DNA of 64,000 nucleotides from Stylophora pistillata (Eukaryota): NCBI RefSeq assembly GCF_002571385.2, contig NW_019217933.1, positions 71,019 to 135,018 of the forward strand, read 5' to 3'. Shown piece by piece: positions 37,901 to 51,230 of this stretch (position 1 is its first letter; each line of letters starts with the position of its first letter). The notes under the pieces were generated by a model. It saw only the letters and a program-made list of their open reading frames with translations, ran no database searches and was not told where the DNA came from. The position numbers and the translations under genes were made by a program.

Positions 37901-40900
37901 AACATTTGTAATATTTCTGTCGAGGATATTCTTAGGACTAAGAACCCGAGATTTGGGGTTCCCAAGATAGAGGACAACTAAAAACACCTAAACAGCTCGT
38001 GTAATGCTAATATACGTTGGTTATAACAATAAACTAGTATACGTCTTACGCAGGGCAACATCAAGTTACGTGGCACAAAGAAGTTGACAATGTTTAGCCG
38101 TAAACTGGCATTTGTTGACCCAAGTAGTAAATTGGACATCAGAGCTCCAGTGGTGACCAAAAGCTGCAATGAAGAAATTCTCGGAAAAGATGGGTGCGAT
38201 GGAAATCATGGAGCAGATGGACCGACAGGTAAAGCAAATAACCCGCCTTATCGAATGATCTATATTTGGTAAAATAAATAGGAGTTGTATTTATCTCAGT
38301 CTACAAGGAATTGTTGGGGCACATCCACTGTTCGCTGCTAGTAAGCCACTCCTGAATGGCTATTGACATAAGACAATGGCAAGAAGAAAGAATTAAAAAA
38401 AAACTGCTGTTTGTCTTCCAGAAGAAAATTAATTAGCAGAAAGTTTTCTTGATTTTGATGACCGGTGTTGTTTTCACAATGGCTGTCACCTGGTAAAAAC
38501 GATTTAATACAAGCAAATTTGCCGATCAACTCCGATACTTTTTGAGGTTTCTAAGAGTATGAATATAGCCGTTTCTTTTTCATTTGATGTACAGAATTAT
38601 TTTTTTCATTGCTTTTAGTGGAGATATTTGCGGATACGGCAGAAGGATATATCAACATACTTACAAATGGGGGAAATGGGAGGAGAGGCAGCGATGGGGA
38701 TGATGGCGCCGGAGGACCTAATGACAACCACAAGGTATAGCAAAGGCGAAATTTAGTTAATTAAGAGGAAATATTTCTTTTTTTCCGAGTAGCTAAACGT
38801 TCCTTGCAGAGTTGAGCAGCGGTTTAATGGGAAAGCATATAGACCTTTTTAAGCAAAAGAGTGCTACTCTGCCAGTCAAAATTGTTTGGGACAATTCTCC
38901 CGAACAACGTGTGTGATGTTCTTTCACACCTCTCCCACTTCCAGTCTTGTCAATCTCTAATATGCTAAATGCTTGTGAACAGCTCTAGCGTGAGCTACAC
39001 TCAAAGAATTATTCGTTGTTGCCATAGTAACCAAGTAAGAAATATGGTCATATAGATAAAGGGGAAAAATTGGATAACGACGGATGATGATTTTCAAATT
39101 TCACTCAAGGTCAGAGACGCCACGTGAACTCTTTAAGTCATGAAAATAGTCTTTCAGTTTACGAAGTCTATGAAGATAATTTTATTTATCCTTCACCATA
39201 GCAGCAATTTCTGATTTCTCATTTATTGCTCAAAAAGCTTTTTATTTCGAGCTAGCAACGTGACAGGACTCGGAGCCAAGATTGTGAGGGTGACCAGTAC
39301 GCCACAAGAAACAGTCAAGGTGTGATAACTGCATGTACTGGAAGAATCTCCGGGATACGAGGTCGAAAAGGAATGCCAGGATATGCTGGAGGATACGCAG
39401 GGAATGCAGGTTATTGACAAATAAACAAGCACTCTTTCAAAGCAGACCCCCGCCCTTTGGGCAACTGATGCATCAGGGAATAAGGGCCTATGAGTTAAGC
39501 CAAAGATCACTGTATTTTTATCTTAAAGGAAGGGAAAATGATGGACGATTTCAGTAAAAAGAATTTCTTTTCTATGTCGTTAGTTTTTAGTAGATTACTT
39601 GGGATTCCACCATTCGCTTTCATAAATTACGTTTTCTTTTTCTTCATGTTCTCCATAGGAAATGGAGGAGATGCAGGGCATCAAACAGTCAACATTAGAA
39701 GCCTGCGGGGGAAGATGAATCTTACAACATGTCGTGGAGTGGGTGGCCCCGTTGCTGCTAATGGAGAGGGAGGAGCAGGTAAGTGAATTCTGTTCGGGGT
39801 GTCAGGCTCATTTGATTAATGTTTGCTTTCAATTGATATCGATCTCTCCTACGTATATACACGTATAGCATAAGCTACAATAAAAACACACTTTATCTAG
39901 CAGCCTGAACCGATAAAGAGGATGCTAAATCTCTCAATATTTCCTCCAAATCCAAACGGTAGACGATAGTCCTTTCGATCGATGAGGCAGTCATTTTGGG
40001 GGAGTCTCCCTCAACACAGTCACTATCCCCCTGCTAAAGGGTACTCGGTGAAATAGATAGTGATAAACTTTAATTTTTCGTTGCGCTTTTGCGCTATCAT
40101 TTCACTAATACGCCATTCTACGATATTAGACCAACATAACGCGCAAATTATGTGATAGAATTACACAGTGGAAGAGGGAAAAAATGGACGGGAATGGGAG
40201 AAACGAAATGGCTGCACTAAACGATCTAAGCGTTCAATTGTAGTAGGGCTCTAATACAACCTCCCGGCTAGCCTCCCGGTTAGCTCAATGGATAGAGCGC
40301 TGGACTGTTGTGCGGGAGGTCGAGGGTTCGAACCCCGGCCGGACCAACACTCAAGGTCTTAAAATAATTGAGAAGAATTTACTACCTTTCTATAACATCA
40401 AAAAATTGTTAGATATTCTAGTCTTCTCGGATAGGGACGAATAAATGGAGGTCCCGCCTCCTGCAGGGTTNNNNNNNNNNNNNNNNNNNNNNNTGAATCT
40501 ACGTATAATACTTTATTGGACAAAGTCAACTGTGTTTCTTTATATAACAGACGTATACACAATATGTTAATTTTACTTTGCAAAAGTTTATTTCTAACTA
40601 AGTATCCTATCTACATGAGGAATATGTTTACTTTTCGTAATGCCACTTATAATTTACGCGGTAACTACATTCTGAAACTCCCTGTTGCTAAGACTACTTC
40701 TTATGGCCTTCGCTCTTTTTCGTATCATGCCGTTAAACTATGGAATTCACTACCGGATAATGTTCGAACCTTGAACCTTAATGACTTTAAAAAAGCATTA
40801 GCTAGCCTTAAATTGATGTAATTTTAGAACATATTGTAACTGAATTCATATTGTATTTTTTAATATTCAGTAAATCTATTTATTTTGTTTTAGCCGTTAA

Positions 40901-43900
40901 TCATAAATATTGCACAAGATTGTATTTTGTAATGTCATTGTATCTTATGTCAATTTCTTTTGTTATTTTTTATTTTTCTCTCGAAAAATTAGTTTTTACA
41001 AGCTACTCTTAAATTCGAGAAAAAAATCAATTTTATCTATGTATAGCTGCAATCCAGTTGCAGGGGATAGCGTAGTGGTGAGAGCACTCGCCTCCCACGA
41101 CTGTGGCCCGGGTTTGATTTCTGGACCTGGCGTCACATATGAGTTGTCTTTGTTTTTTGTTCTCGTCTTTGCTCCTACAGATTTTTCTCCGGGTCCTCCG
41201 CTTTTCCTCCCTTCGCAAAAGCCAACATTCCAAATTCTAATTCGACCTGGAGTCGAGTGTTTTTAATGTGAACCATTGGCTCCGAAGATTGGGCAACCAC
41301 TACTTACATAATAGTCTTTAAATAAATTATTTATTATAACTGCTACAGAGAGAGAGTAGAAACCATCCACCNATCATAGCACGCTATAGCTCGGATAATT
41401 TCGCTACCCTAAGGATCTGAGAGAGTAGAAACTTCCCACAGATCAGATCGCTCATTAGCAAAGATCCATTGCTACTTAATTGCTCCTCGGAGACAGTGGA
41501 GACTTTCCTTATATCAGAACAATCAATAGCAAACATCTTTTTTCTAGCAAACAACTCTTAAGATATGGTGGAAATACTTCCTATATGAGAACAAGGTATA
41601 CCTTACACCATGTTGCTAACCAGCCAGCTGCTCTAAGAAGAGGGCAGATAGCGAAGAAATTGAGCAAAAATGTCTCACGTTAGATTTTTTCAAAATACTT
41701 TGATGATAGTTGTTTTCACTGTAGCCTACGAGGAACCTGTTTGACTGCTTCTAAACGCATTTTCTCGTCAAATAAGACATATATTGCTAGTTCAATCTGA
41801 CAAAGGATGCTGCAGGAGCAACATCCTGGAATCATGAACTAGTTAACAGACTGAGTGAACGCTGAATATCCATCATGATCTTACGTACTGAGAGAGTAAC
41901 TGTCTGACTTGTTTATTGACTGATTGACTGACTGACTCACCTTTGGACTGACTATGCCATTGCTTTCAGGTTGACTAATTTATAATATCGGTTATATTTC
42001 ATTGACTTATGGTTCGAACTCAGTTAGTTCGAATATCATAACATTTATTCTTATTATATTGTAGCATTGGTAATGCCTGGTACTAATGGTGAAGTAGAAG
42101 ACTCCTACCTTCAAAAGTCAGAGCTCAGTCGTGCACAAAAAGATCAGTATCCATTGCCGCTGTTGAAGGTAATAACGAGATATGCTGCAGACCTTGTCTG
42201 GGCAAACGAGACAGCAAATGCCGAAGGTGTGTTGAACTTTTTAGTCAACGTAACGGAAGGAAGATCAGACTCATCGGAACTGAGAAAACGTTAGTATAAT
42301 TATCACAGAGAATTCCTTCAATACAAAAAAAAAAAAACCATACGTTTGGACAGCAGCTAAAGTCCATTTCCAACACAAAGACTAAACTTACACAATGATG
42401 CTATTGCATCGGTAAGTTCTGTGATTTGTAAATTTCCGGTTCCCTTTCAGGGATTCTCCGCGTACGAGTTATCTATTGAAGTACTTTTACCTATGTAAAA
42501 TGATAAGCTAATATGGTCTCCATGATTAGTTTGCCAATTGACCCTTATTCGTCTTCTGCATTGGAAACATATCTGTTATCATTGCATACCACGTTTACCC
42601 TGTTTCTATGTTGAAGTAACACCGTAGTTTTGCCCCCTTGTTCTCCTTTATGACATCATCATAAACATAATCATTTCAATCAATGTTTAAATAATATTTT
42701 TAAATTGCTCTTTAAAAAGGGCAGTTGTTTTCAAATTGAATCCAATAGAGAAAGAACTAGAATAGGGGCCCATGCTCCTTCTGTCATTTCCCAGACCTTT
42801 AAGATTGAGTATTCATTTCATCGGCGTATATAAAAATAGATAGAACAATGCTTCCTGAAACTAATTTGACTTATTCCTTCTTGAGCTAGTTGCACAACAA
42901 AGGCTGAGATTCCTAAATGCTGAAGGATTTGACAGATTTGGAAATAATGAGTTGTTTGCTCCTCTGATTAAATGGGAAAGATTCAAGACGCAGCTGACAG
43001 CTCTGAGAGACAACGCTAGGGATTACGAAGTTGCTTACAATGGAATTCAGGCATCGATTCAACAAAATAATGGGTTAAAACAAATAGCAAAAACTATTTC
43101 TATGGCCGCCAGGATTCAGGTCGACAGTCAAAAATCCAGACTTCAATTGGCTAGAACAACAGCAATAAGCGAGAAAAACGCTTACGTCCAAGTATGCGCG
43201 GCAAATTATTTTGTTATATCGTAGATCTAAGCAGATTTAGTCGTATGATGATCATATTGAATGATATCTGGGTGTTTAGAAGGACTGGGAACTAGTCTGA
43301 CCATGAGGTCAGATAGACCGCCATGTTGTTTTGTCGTAATGATGTAGCTTGTGATTTCGTTAAAGTTAATGAGTTCAATTTGTGAAGAACTGTTTTGCTT
43401 CGAACCCGGAACTCGTTCGGAGAAACACTGGGTGCGCGGAGATATTGAATTTCTCTCCGAGTGCTCAAGTAGATATCTCAGGAGTAAGAGCAGCGAACGA
43501 GTCAGATGTGGAGTTGAACACGAGAAGAGAAATTCTACCTCTACAAGCAACCATGTATTATTTTCTTTCTTATAAACACGATAGGCGTTTAACGACAAGA
43601 AAATCCGATAAATGACCCTAGATTTAGAGCGGTAAAAGCTTTTCAAATCATCCATCAACCAGACTAAGTGGCCCGAAGGGCGAGTAACGTGTCAGCAGCT
43701 CATTGGTGGTAGCGAACACACGTAAAAATACTATCGAAATTTTACTCTTGTACAGTTACGACTTTTAGCAGGACTGCAAAACACCGAAGTTTATGCATTA
43801 AAGTGTTTTATTCCTCTTTCTACCAAGCTCATTTATTGGTTGGGTTTTACTAAAGCAGCCAAGATCAACCTATTACGTTAAAGTTAGTTTCGAATGTTGT

Positions 43901-46900
43901 GATATTTTCTCATGCATGTTTTTGTTGTTTAGTCTGTTGTTGTTCTTCATGTTAGCGTAAGCTTGCTAACCCCTTGTTTTTTGGTTCATCCCATCTTATC
44001 TCATCTGATTAACCATGTTGCGGTGAGTCTGCTCAGAAACAGATGACGGGTGACTTCAAAATGTGGTAAGAAACGGAAAGGTGGCACATGAAGCTCAGCG
44101 GAGTGAGTCACGATGTTCTTACCACATGGCCGCCGGGATTCTTATTCTATATTCTTATGTGAAACATGGAAACTGTTTGTTTTGTATGTTTTGTTTTCGT
44201 ATGTTAAAAAGGTTTGATTGTGACCCCATTTTTGCGTCTTTCCTCTAATAGATTATAAGTAATAACCAATCAAAATGCTTTTGTACATCTCAGTTTATTA
44301 TGTAATTTCATGATGTGATTTTATTTGCTTTTTGTTGGATTAGGCTATCACTCAACTGGAACTCAACATAAATGCCTCTCTAACAACACTACTCAATGAG
44401 CTACCTGACGGAGATGAAGACACAGAGTTCACTAAGCAAGACCTCTTAGTTGTACTCCAAGGACTCGCAGGGATTGCCGCTACAATTCCAGTAAAAGATC
44501 CCTTAACTGCTGCTGCTACCACTTTCAGAGTGCTTAGGAATTTTGCAACTCAGTGTAACACTGGGACACTTCAACAAAACAGAGACAAACTCTTAAAGTG
44601 GCTAACATTTGGTAAGAATTATGCTGCCCTTAAGGATTCAAGTGAACTGGATTTTACCAGATTGGATGTAGAAGCTGTACCGGAAATCATGAGGGTAAAT
44701 TACCTTAGAATGATCAAAATTACTTGCTACGAGTTTCGGGCCATCTTAAATTTGTGCAAGAACGTTTTTTTAAAGTTTAATTAATTAAGAAGTGAACTAT
44801 GTGTGAGAGACATACAGACATACATACATACATTATATTGAACACATCCCCGTCTGGGGCTTTTCATTGAACAATTACATAATTTACATATCTGGTACTA
44901 TACATACAAAACTAACTAATAACACGTTATATACGATATAAATTGCTTATAACTTTAAAAATAGAATGCTTATTTAAAAAAGAGTCATTCACGAGATACC
45001 TAATTAAAGCTCTCTTAAAAGAAGCTGGTTTTTCATATAGTTTCAATCTTGGGTCAAGTTTATTCCAGATGGCTACACTTCTTTAATAAAAGATCCTCTG
45101 ACCTGTTGTAGTTTTAAAAAGAGGAATGTTAAGTTGTTGAAAGTTCCTAGTTATACGCCCAGATACGCTGCCTCTTGTTACAAGCTCGGATGTCAAATAT
45201 TCAGGCGATTGGCCCGTTATACATTTAAATGATAAAGTAGCATCACGATAGTACAGGATTGTTTTTACCGGTAGCCAGCGTAGATTCCTTAATGTGGAAG
45301 AAATATGATCATACTTCTTTACATTGCAAATAATTCGGGCGGCAAAATTTTGAACATATTGTAGCTTATGAACATTACAAGCTGATGTGGACGACCATAC
45401 TGACGAACAGTAGTACATCTTACTAAAAGCAAGTGCGTTGATTATAGTTTCAAGCAAATCTTTGTTAAAAGCGAATCTAATGCGGCTTAGTTGGGATAGT
45501 TTCGACATGCAAAATGAGACAGTCGCAGAGATATGATTGTCAAAGGATAGTGTGGGATCGAAAGTAACACCAAGGTCTCCGTGACTGTTTGAGCTGGGAT
45601 GATTTTCTTTCCAAGCAGGGACAATTTAAAGTCTGGTACTCTAAGAGACATTCTTCGACTGCCAAAGACCATGATCTACTGATTTAAATACGTAACGGTT
45701 CGATAGAATTTCAAGTTCATATGAATTCCTAATGCAGATGAGGTTCTAGTCTAATGTTGACTTTTGCAGGTGAGAATCTTCGGTTTATCTATGTCAAGGC
45801 AAACTTTCAAAAATTTTAGTACGAACTTTTTTCTCCAAAATGAGATAAAGGGTAGCCAAAAATTAATGAAAATTTTTTCCTGCAAATTTGCCACTAATAT
45901 CTGCAAGTATTCAAAGAGCACTCATCTTCTATTTCGTTTCGTACTTTTTTCTAAGGCCAATCTAGAAATTAACAAGGAAGGACTTATAGCGGACCTTGGC
46001 TGTATGGTAGACGAGGCATCAGCTGCATTCAAACTGCAGATGGAAAGCTTTTTTATTTCTGGTGCAGCAAGGATTGACCTAATAGCAAAAGTAATTGACC
46101 TGGAAAATGCCATTGGCGGATACAATTTTGACATCCTAAATCTGGAGGCAACTTCTAATGAGCTGGCGAGTCTTCGTGGCGTTGGCAGTAAGATTCATTG
46201 TTTTACAAAGAAATCAATTGATAATTATTGTTAGAAGTAGGTTCTTCACAAAATTGTTTCCCCTTAATTGGACCTAAATCAAACTGACACAAAAGCATAG
46301 TCTGGGACAAACCTGCTACCAGTCTCCAGCCTTAGCTTACGTTACTGTAATCCTCAGCGGGTTGTTTATGTTGGGCCGCTTCACATCTAACATACCCAAA
46401 AGATTATATTCTCTCGACATACCCTATTCGCTGTAGTCATTCATTTATCCCAAGTATGCATTTATCTTAAACTAATAGTCATTGTCACGTTTAACATTAT
46501 TACCTTCGATTTATTCATTTAGGTTCGCCTATTGCTGAAAATGTAGAGCAGATTTTTCTTGATGATCTCCTGACCTCTTAGCAGCAGATGGAAACCAGTT
46601 TCAGCAAGAATCTCATTCAGTTATACAAAGGCTTTGAGTTCCGCACACTCTGGAATGTAGAAGAAACCCTAAAAAATCACCAAGGACTGGCGGTTGGGGC
46701 TGCTCCGGGTACTGGACAACTGCGAGGAGTTTTGGAGTTGAGCAATGCTTTGACGGCATTCGATTCCATTCTGATGCAGGGACAGCAATGCTTTTCACAG
46801 TTTATTCACCAAACCAGCACTCACAAGTGGTCTTTTAACAATACCATGCACCCTTTAGTAAGTATCTTTGCAAAGGCAGAAGAAGATGATGAAAATGAGT

Positions 46901-49035
46901 TTAAAGTTTTATCAAAACAGAAAGAAGTAGTGGCAAGTAAAGAGTTTTGGGACAAATGGTCACCCGTCTGAGGTGGGGCGAGGGGGGTTACCTCCTCGAA
47001 AGTGGCTGATGGGGATGAAGCGCTGAATAAATTTTCAATAGAGTTATTGTAGAATGGGGTCTCGCATTATCGGGATTTTGGGGACAGAAAAACCTGGAGG
47101 TAGGGATTAAAAAATGGGAAGATTCGCGGCTTAAAATTTGTTGCATTTGCCTAAAAGGTGGCTGACATGGGGTCTTTTAATAGCCCCAGAATAGACTATG
47201 GTGAAGTAGGGGTTGTGAGGGGTTAACACCACCTACAAAGAAAAATTTGATCATGACCCAAGCCCCTCAGCCCCCGGTAATTGTTTTTTTTTTTACTCGC
47301 AAACCATTCAATTGCAACAATTCAGGGTGCAGTCCTTCTGCAAAATGTCACCAGGTTTTTCCACCTGGTTTATCAAGCACTTTGTTTCTTGCTAATGAAA
47401 ACCTATTGATTCCTTTTTTTTTTTTCTATCTTTAGTTGTTTAGTGACTTGCACAATGGCAAAGCGAGATTTGATTTATCCATAAACGACAGTTGTAGCAA
47501 TTGCTACAATATACGCTTACTGGAGGTTAGTTTAGAAGCTCAAGAACAGAATTAAACAATTTATCTATCCATTCATCCTTCCGCCGAAAAACGAGTCACT
47601 CTTCGCGTAATTTCTTTAGAGAAGGCGCAATAACTTACCGACTATCAATTATCTGTCTCTCTGTCTGTCCAACTCTTTGCATTTTCTCTAATGAAATTAC
47701 TACCGTGACTAAAATTAATTTTACATTGTAGATGTATATTGAGCTCTATGGGAACGAATATCAAAACGAAAACAACCTCCCAGGAAGAGTTTATCTTGGA
47801 TTAAGACATTCGACAGGGTCGTACTTTAGAGATGGAAATGGAACAGTGAAGGAATTCCGGCAGCCTTTGTCGTTACAGTATCGAACGTTCGAGTTCAACC
47901 GCTTTGCAATTACTGACACCGCTCAATGTACAGCAGCGCAATTGGCTGGAAACGGTGGGTATTTTTATCCAGCGTATACACCGAATCAAAATATGGCTTC
48001 CAATATAAATTGCCATTGTTCTGGACTCACTAGCGTCGTTTTCACATGGAAATACAAAAGGTTTATCACATGTGTGAGAGGCCAGGGAGTCCAGAACAAT
48101 GGCAATTCAGATTGGACCCCATATTTCGTTTCGGTGTATGAAAAGATTAGGCCAGTCCAGTTTAATGCACCATTGAAAAAATCTAAGAGCTATTTATTTG
48201 GAATAAACTGTCCCATGAATCCTGCAATCATCACACACAATGATTTTAGTATATTTATACGCTTCTCTCGATGGTTTCATGAACCAACTATCTTTAAAGA
48301 GCCTTTAGGACAGTTTTCTGTGGTTATAGGTGGCCTGACTTATGAGTTCCTTAGAGTGAACATAAAGAAAAGCACTTAACGGACGAATTTTTTTGTGAGC
48401 TTCTCTTAGATTTATCATCAGTTATTACGTTACGAACATACAAATATCAAAATGCGGTATTTTTTCTATCTGGTAATTCTGGGAACCCTGAGACCAACAA
48501 ACACCGTTAAGATTAGATCAGGTCTTGGCCATTATATCGTAGATGTAAAAGCAGATTTATTTTGCTCTTGAATACAAAACGTTTCATTAAAGCTTTTTAC
48601 TCTCAAGATCTCATTGGTAATTCTCCTTGCTGTCTGCCATATAATTAACAATTGTTCTACGAGCGCGCGTTGAATATGAGATGATAGATTGCCAACTCGG
48701 CGCTACGCGCCTCGTTGGCTATAATCATCTCATATTCAACAAGCGCGAGTGGAATAACTGTTTTATTAAAAAAAACGCCCCCAAGATATTAGAAAAATCT
48801 TCTCGACTTTATTTCGTAAGAAGAAACTGGATGTTACAATGTACAGATATTAGATTCTGGTATATTGGCTGGGGTGGATCCAGAGGTGGCTCGGGTGGTT
48901 CGTTCTAACCTCCTAAATCTTCCCTCAGAACGCTGGAAATCATGTTTCCAAAGACCTAATTTTGAAAATCTCAGACCCGTCAGGAGAGGGACAATTCTCT
49001 GAACCCCCCTTGACTAAATCCTGGATCCGCCCCAG

Positions 49036-49111
<76 letters not shown>

Positions 49112-50647
49112 TTGTCAATATATAGTTTTAGCCAAGCCTAAAAGCGTAGCTCCCAAGTTCGTAATATTAATGATAACATAAAAGATGTGCATTTTCCAAG
49201 ACTCGCCTTAGACACCCCTCCCTTCGTTTTGATAGTCTTCCCTACCCTACCCTACCCGTGCAATCTAAAGGCACTTACGTACGTACGCTCAGTCAGTCAC
49301 GTGACAACCAAACCAAAAGAGGTTGACCATATTCCATCGGCATGGGGCTCTGCCCCACGGGCGCGAAGCGCGCATGGGAGCCCCGCTATGATGTTACTTC
49401 AGAAAAGCTGGTATTAGATCAAGTAATAATCCCCTCATTGATATTTTTCCTTCATCCCCTGCTACTCGATATTATTTCGATATTGTAAGGAGATATTCTG
49501 TTTTCGTCACCTATGGGAGTTGAAGTGCTACTGGCAGTGTTGAACGCTGTAAAACGCCTCATGATACGCACTTTCGTTTTTGTGACCTATCCAGGGGATT
49601 CTTCTTTCTGTTTGGGAGAGGACGACGTACGGTTGGTACCAATGTGCTGCCATTACCTCAGCGGAGATTCGTGTGATGATACACTCAGCGGAGGAAATGA
49701 GTGCCAAAGTCCATTTGGAACGTACGAGTTGATTATGCCAAAAGACGATCAACTTACTTGTTCAACGGAAAGTACACAAATAACGAACAAAAACTGCAAA
49801 GATTTTGATGTGAGTGACTACTTTAGAAACATTTTAATTGTTACTGTTTTTTTTTTTAATCGTGCAGGATCGGACTTTTCCTAGTTTATTGTGGTTTTCG
49901 TATAGGCTGGATGGAGTTTTGTCTTCAGCGGGGAGGGCTTAGAATGAGGACAAATAAATTGTTACTTATCATACACCCACTAATTTACCCGGTCTCATAG
50001 TAATTGCAGTGCTTACCTCAAGCGGTCAGGACGGCAACGACGAGGGAGAAGTCGATAAGAAAATCAATTTATCTTTTCAATTAACTTACGTATAACTTGC
50101 CATCCGGATTTCCGTTCTTAGACCACGCAAATTTTGTTGTTTTGCGGAGGGCAGCTCAGAAATGTACAAAGTTTTAAGACGCACTTGCTGAGCTATTCAG
50201 TTCTGCTCAGTGCATCTTTTGTTAGGGCGCGTCCTCACTGCCATCGCCGTCGTGGTTTGTTTACGGTCCCTAATAACAAAGAGAAAAAGAGCACAAAATG
50301 ATATGAGTAATAATAATTAAAAAAAAACAATCATATGCAGAGTGGGCTAAAATATTTTTAAAAAGAAACTGAATTTAACTGAAAAACTATTGCAAGAGAA
50401 CAGAATACATAAACTATTTTGAGCTGAAGGCATCTGATTTCCTTTATTTCTTTCTTGCTATCTTTCTTAGTTTTTTCTTTGACAGCGTACCATTTATACC
50501 AATATGAATATATGGGTACTCAATCTGCTCTGGACCGATCAGTATCCTACTGCGCCAGACGATTCTAGATGTGGTCATTCTGCTCTTACGAAGTCTGCTG
50601 TGAGGCGCCCTCCAAAGAAACTGAGTTTAAAAAAGAATTCACGATGA
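34916..50647 (+). CDS. Uncharacterised large secreted protein (signal peptide, F5/8 type C, Gly-rich, helical/hydrophobic hairpin, beta-rich C-terminus), at least 1015 aa, with one in-frame TAG. Exons 34916-34973, [missing exon(s), N gap 35902-35908], 35966-36110, 37082-37227, 38054-38228, 38619-38734, 39256-39409, 39659-39778, 42065-42289, 42890-43191, 44344-44694, 45956-46187, 46523-46857, 47436-47525, 47732-47954, 49595-49809, 50486-50647
   Basis: Fifteen consecutive exons from 35966 join in frame with GT-AG junctions. Signal peptide MNLALLLAVLTALDLGFSQ. Discoidin C-half VFSGNSDRDTIVTHVLMQPIEARYVQINPRSWYGFISMRTEFYGC. TAG at 46579-46581. Linking the signal exon to this gene is inferred. Confidence 0.8.
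40272..40470 (+). mobile_element. tRNA-derived SINE
   Basis: tagctcaatggatagagcg (A box) and gggttcgaacccc (B box), followed by the non-tRNA body ggaccaacactcaaggtcttaaaataa. Confidence 0.75.
40494..41040 (+). mobile_element. LINE 3' end fragment
   Basis: ORF 40516-40821: YNLRG..LPVAKTTSYGLRSFSYHAVKLWNSLP. Similar to the C-terminus of the LINE at 30455. Confidence 0.8.
41060..41330 (+). mobile_element. tRNA-derived SINE with V-domain-like core
   Basis: tagcgtagtggtgagagcactcgcctcccac..gggtttgattt head, ttctccgggtcctccgcttttcctccc core, AT-rich tail. Confidence 0.7.
44810..45672 (-). mobile_element. 5'-truncated LINE RT C-terminus in an intron, with (TATG)n tail
   Basis: ORF 45083-45508: FSKMYYCSSVW, LQYVQNFAARI, YDHIS..LRWLP. 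catacatac repeats at 44810-44832. Confidence 0.85.
47976..48139. mobile_element. MITE with long TIRs (second copy at 55033-55196)
   Basis: atacaccgaa...aattgccattgttctggact / agtccagaacaatggcaatt...ttcggtgtat. Confidence 0.75.
48645..49110 (+). mobile_element. Family A hairpin repeat interrupted by a small TIR element at 48869-49035
   Basis: Matches the 59508 unit. The insert has TIRs ctggggtggatccag / ctggatccgccccag and a flanking attgg duplication. Confidence 0.8.
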
Positions 50648-51230
50648 ACTCACTAAAACACGATGAACTCGAGTATGAATTAGACCGAGCAAAGTGAAAT
50701 AATTTAGAGACGCACTGATAATTAGATGAATAAAATAGGAAATTCACTGTACGATCTCACGTTAATCTTGTTGAAGTTATTTTGGGTATCGCTTTTGCAT
50801 TCTTTTTAAGGCCACTATCCAAACCTGCCGTGACGCGCACAAATATTACTTCCGTTCATTTTCATGGAAAGGAAGCGCCGAAATCTGTGGACTTGGTTCA
50901 TGCGTTAAACTTAAACTTTGTCCGCTCCGATAACAAAGAGACGGAGGCCTCTCTTGGATTTTGCCTCATCAACCAACTCTCTTGATCTCCTAGGTCATGC
51001 TCCTTACATATATATGTTACTATTTTCTCTGCGTCCTCCGGCATATTCGACATTCTGTGAACGTGTCATGTGATTGGATTGTTTGGATTTCCGCCCACAC
51101 TACATTCTTAATTCAATTTGTCACAAATTGTAGAGCGCGTGACATTCTTCATTTTTGCGGTTCATCCTAATTCCTGTGACAAGGCCACGTCCGTCAAAAT
51201 AGAAAAGAAACTTGTTTGCTACCAGAAGAA

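Noticed and set aside
38160-39778. Calling the large gene a collagen
   Set aside because: The Gly-X-Y runs are only 3-6 triplets long and are interrupted by beta-strand-like segments, too short for a structural collagen.
40272-40345. Possible tRNA gene (also 22930-23000)
   Set aside because: It has A and B boxes but no convincing cloverleaf and continues into a SINE body.
47955-48379. 3' extension of the 215-aa ORF, with similarity to ORF 54960-55238
   Set aside because: It reads through a GT donor at 47955 into a MITE. The shared peptide comes from the repeat, not from a protein family.
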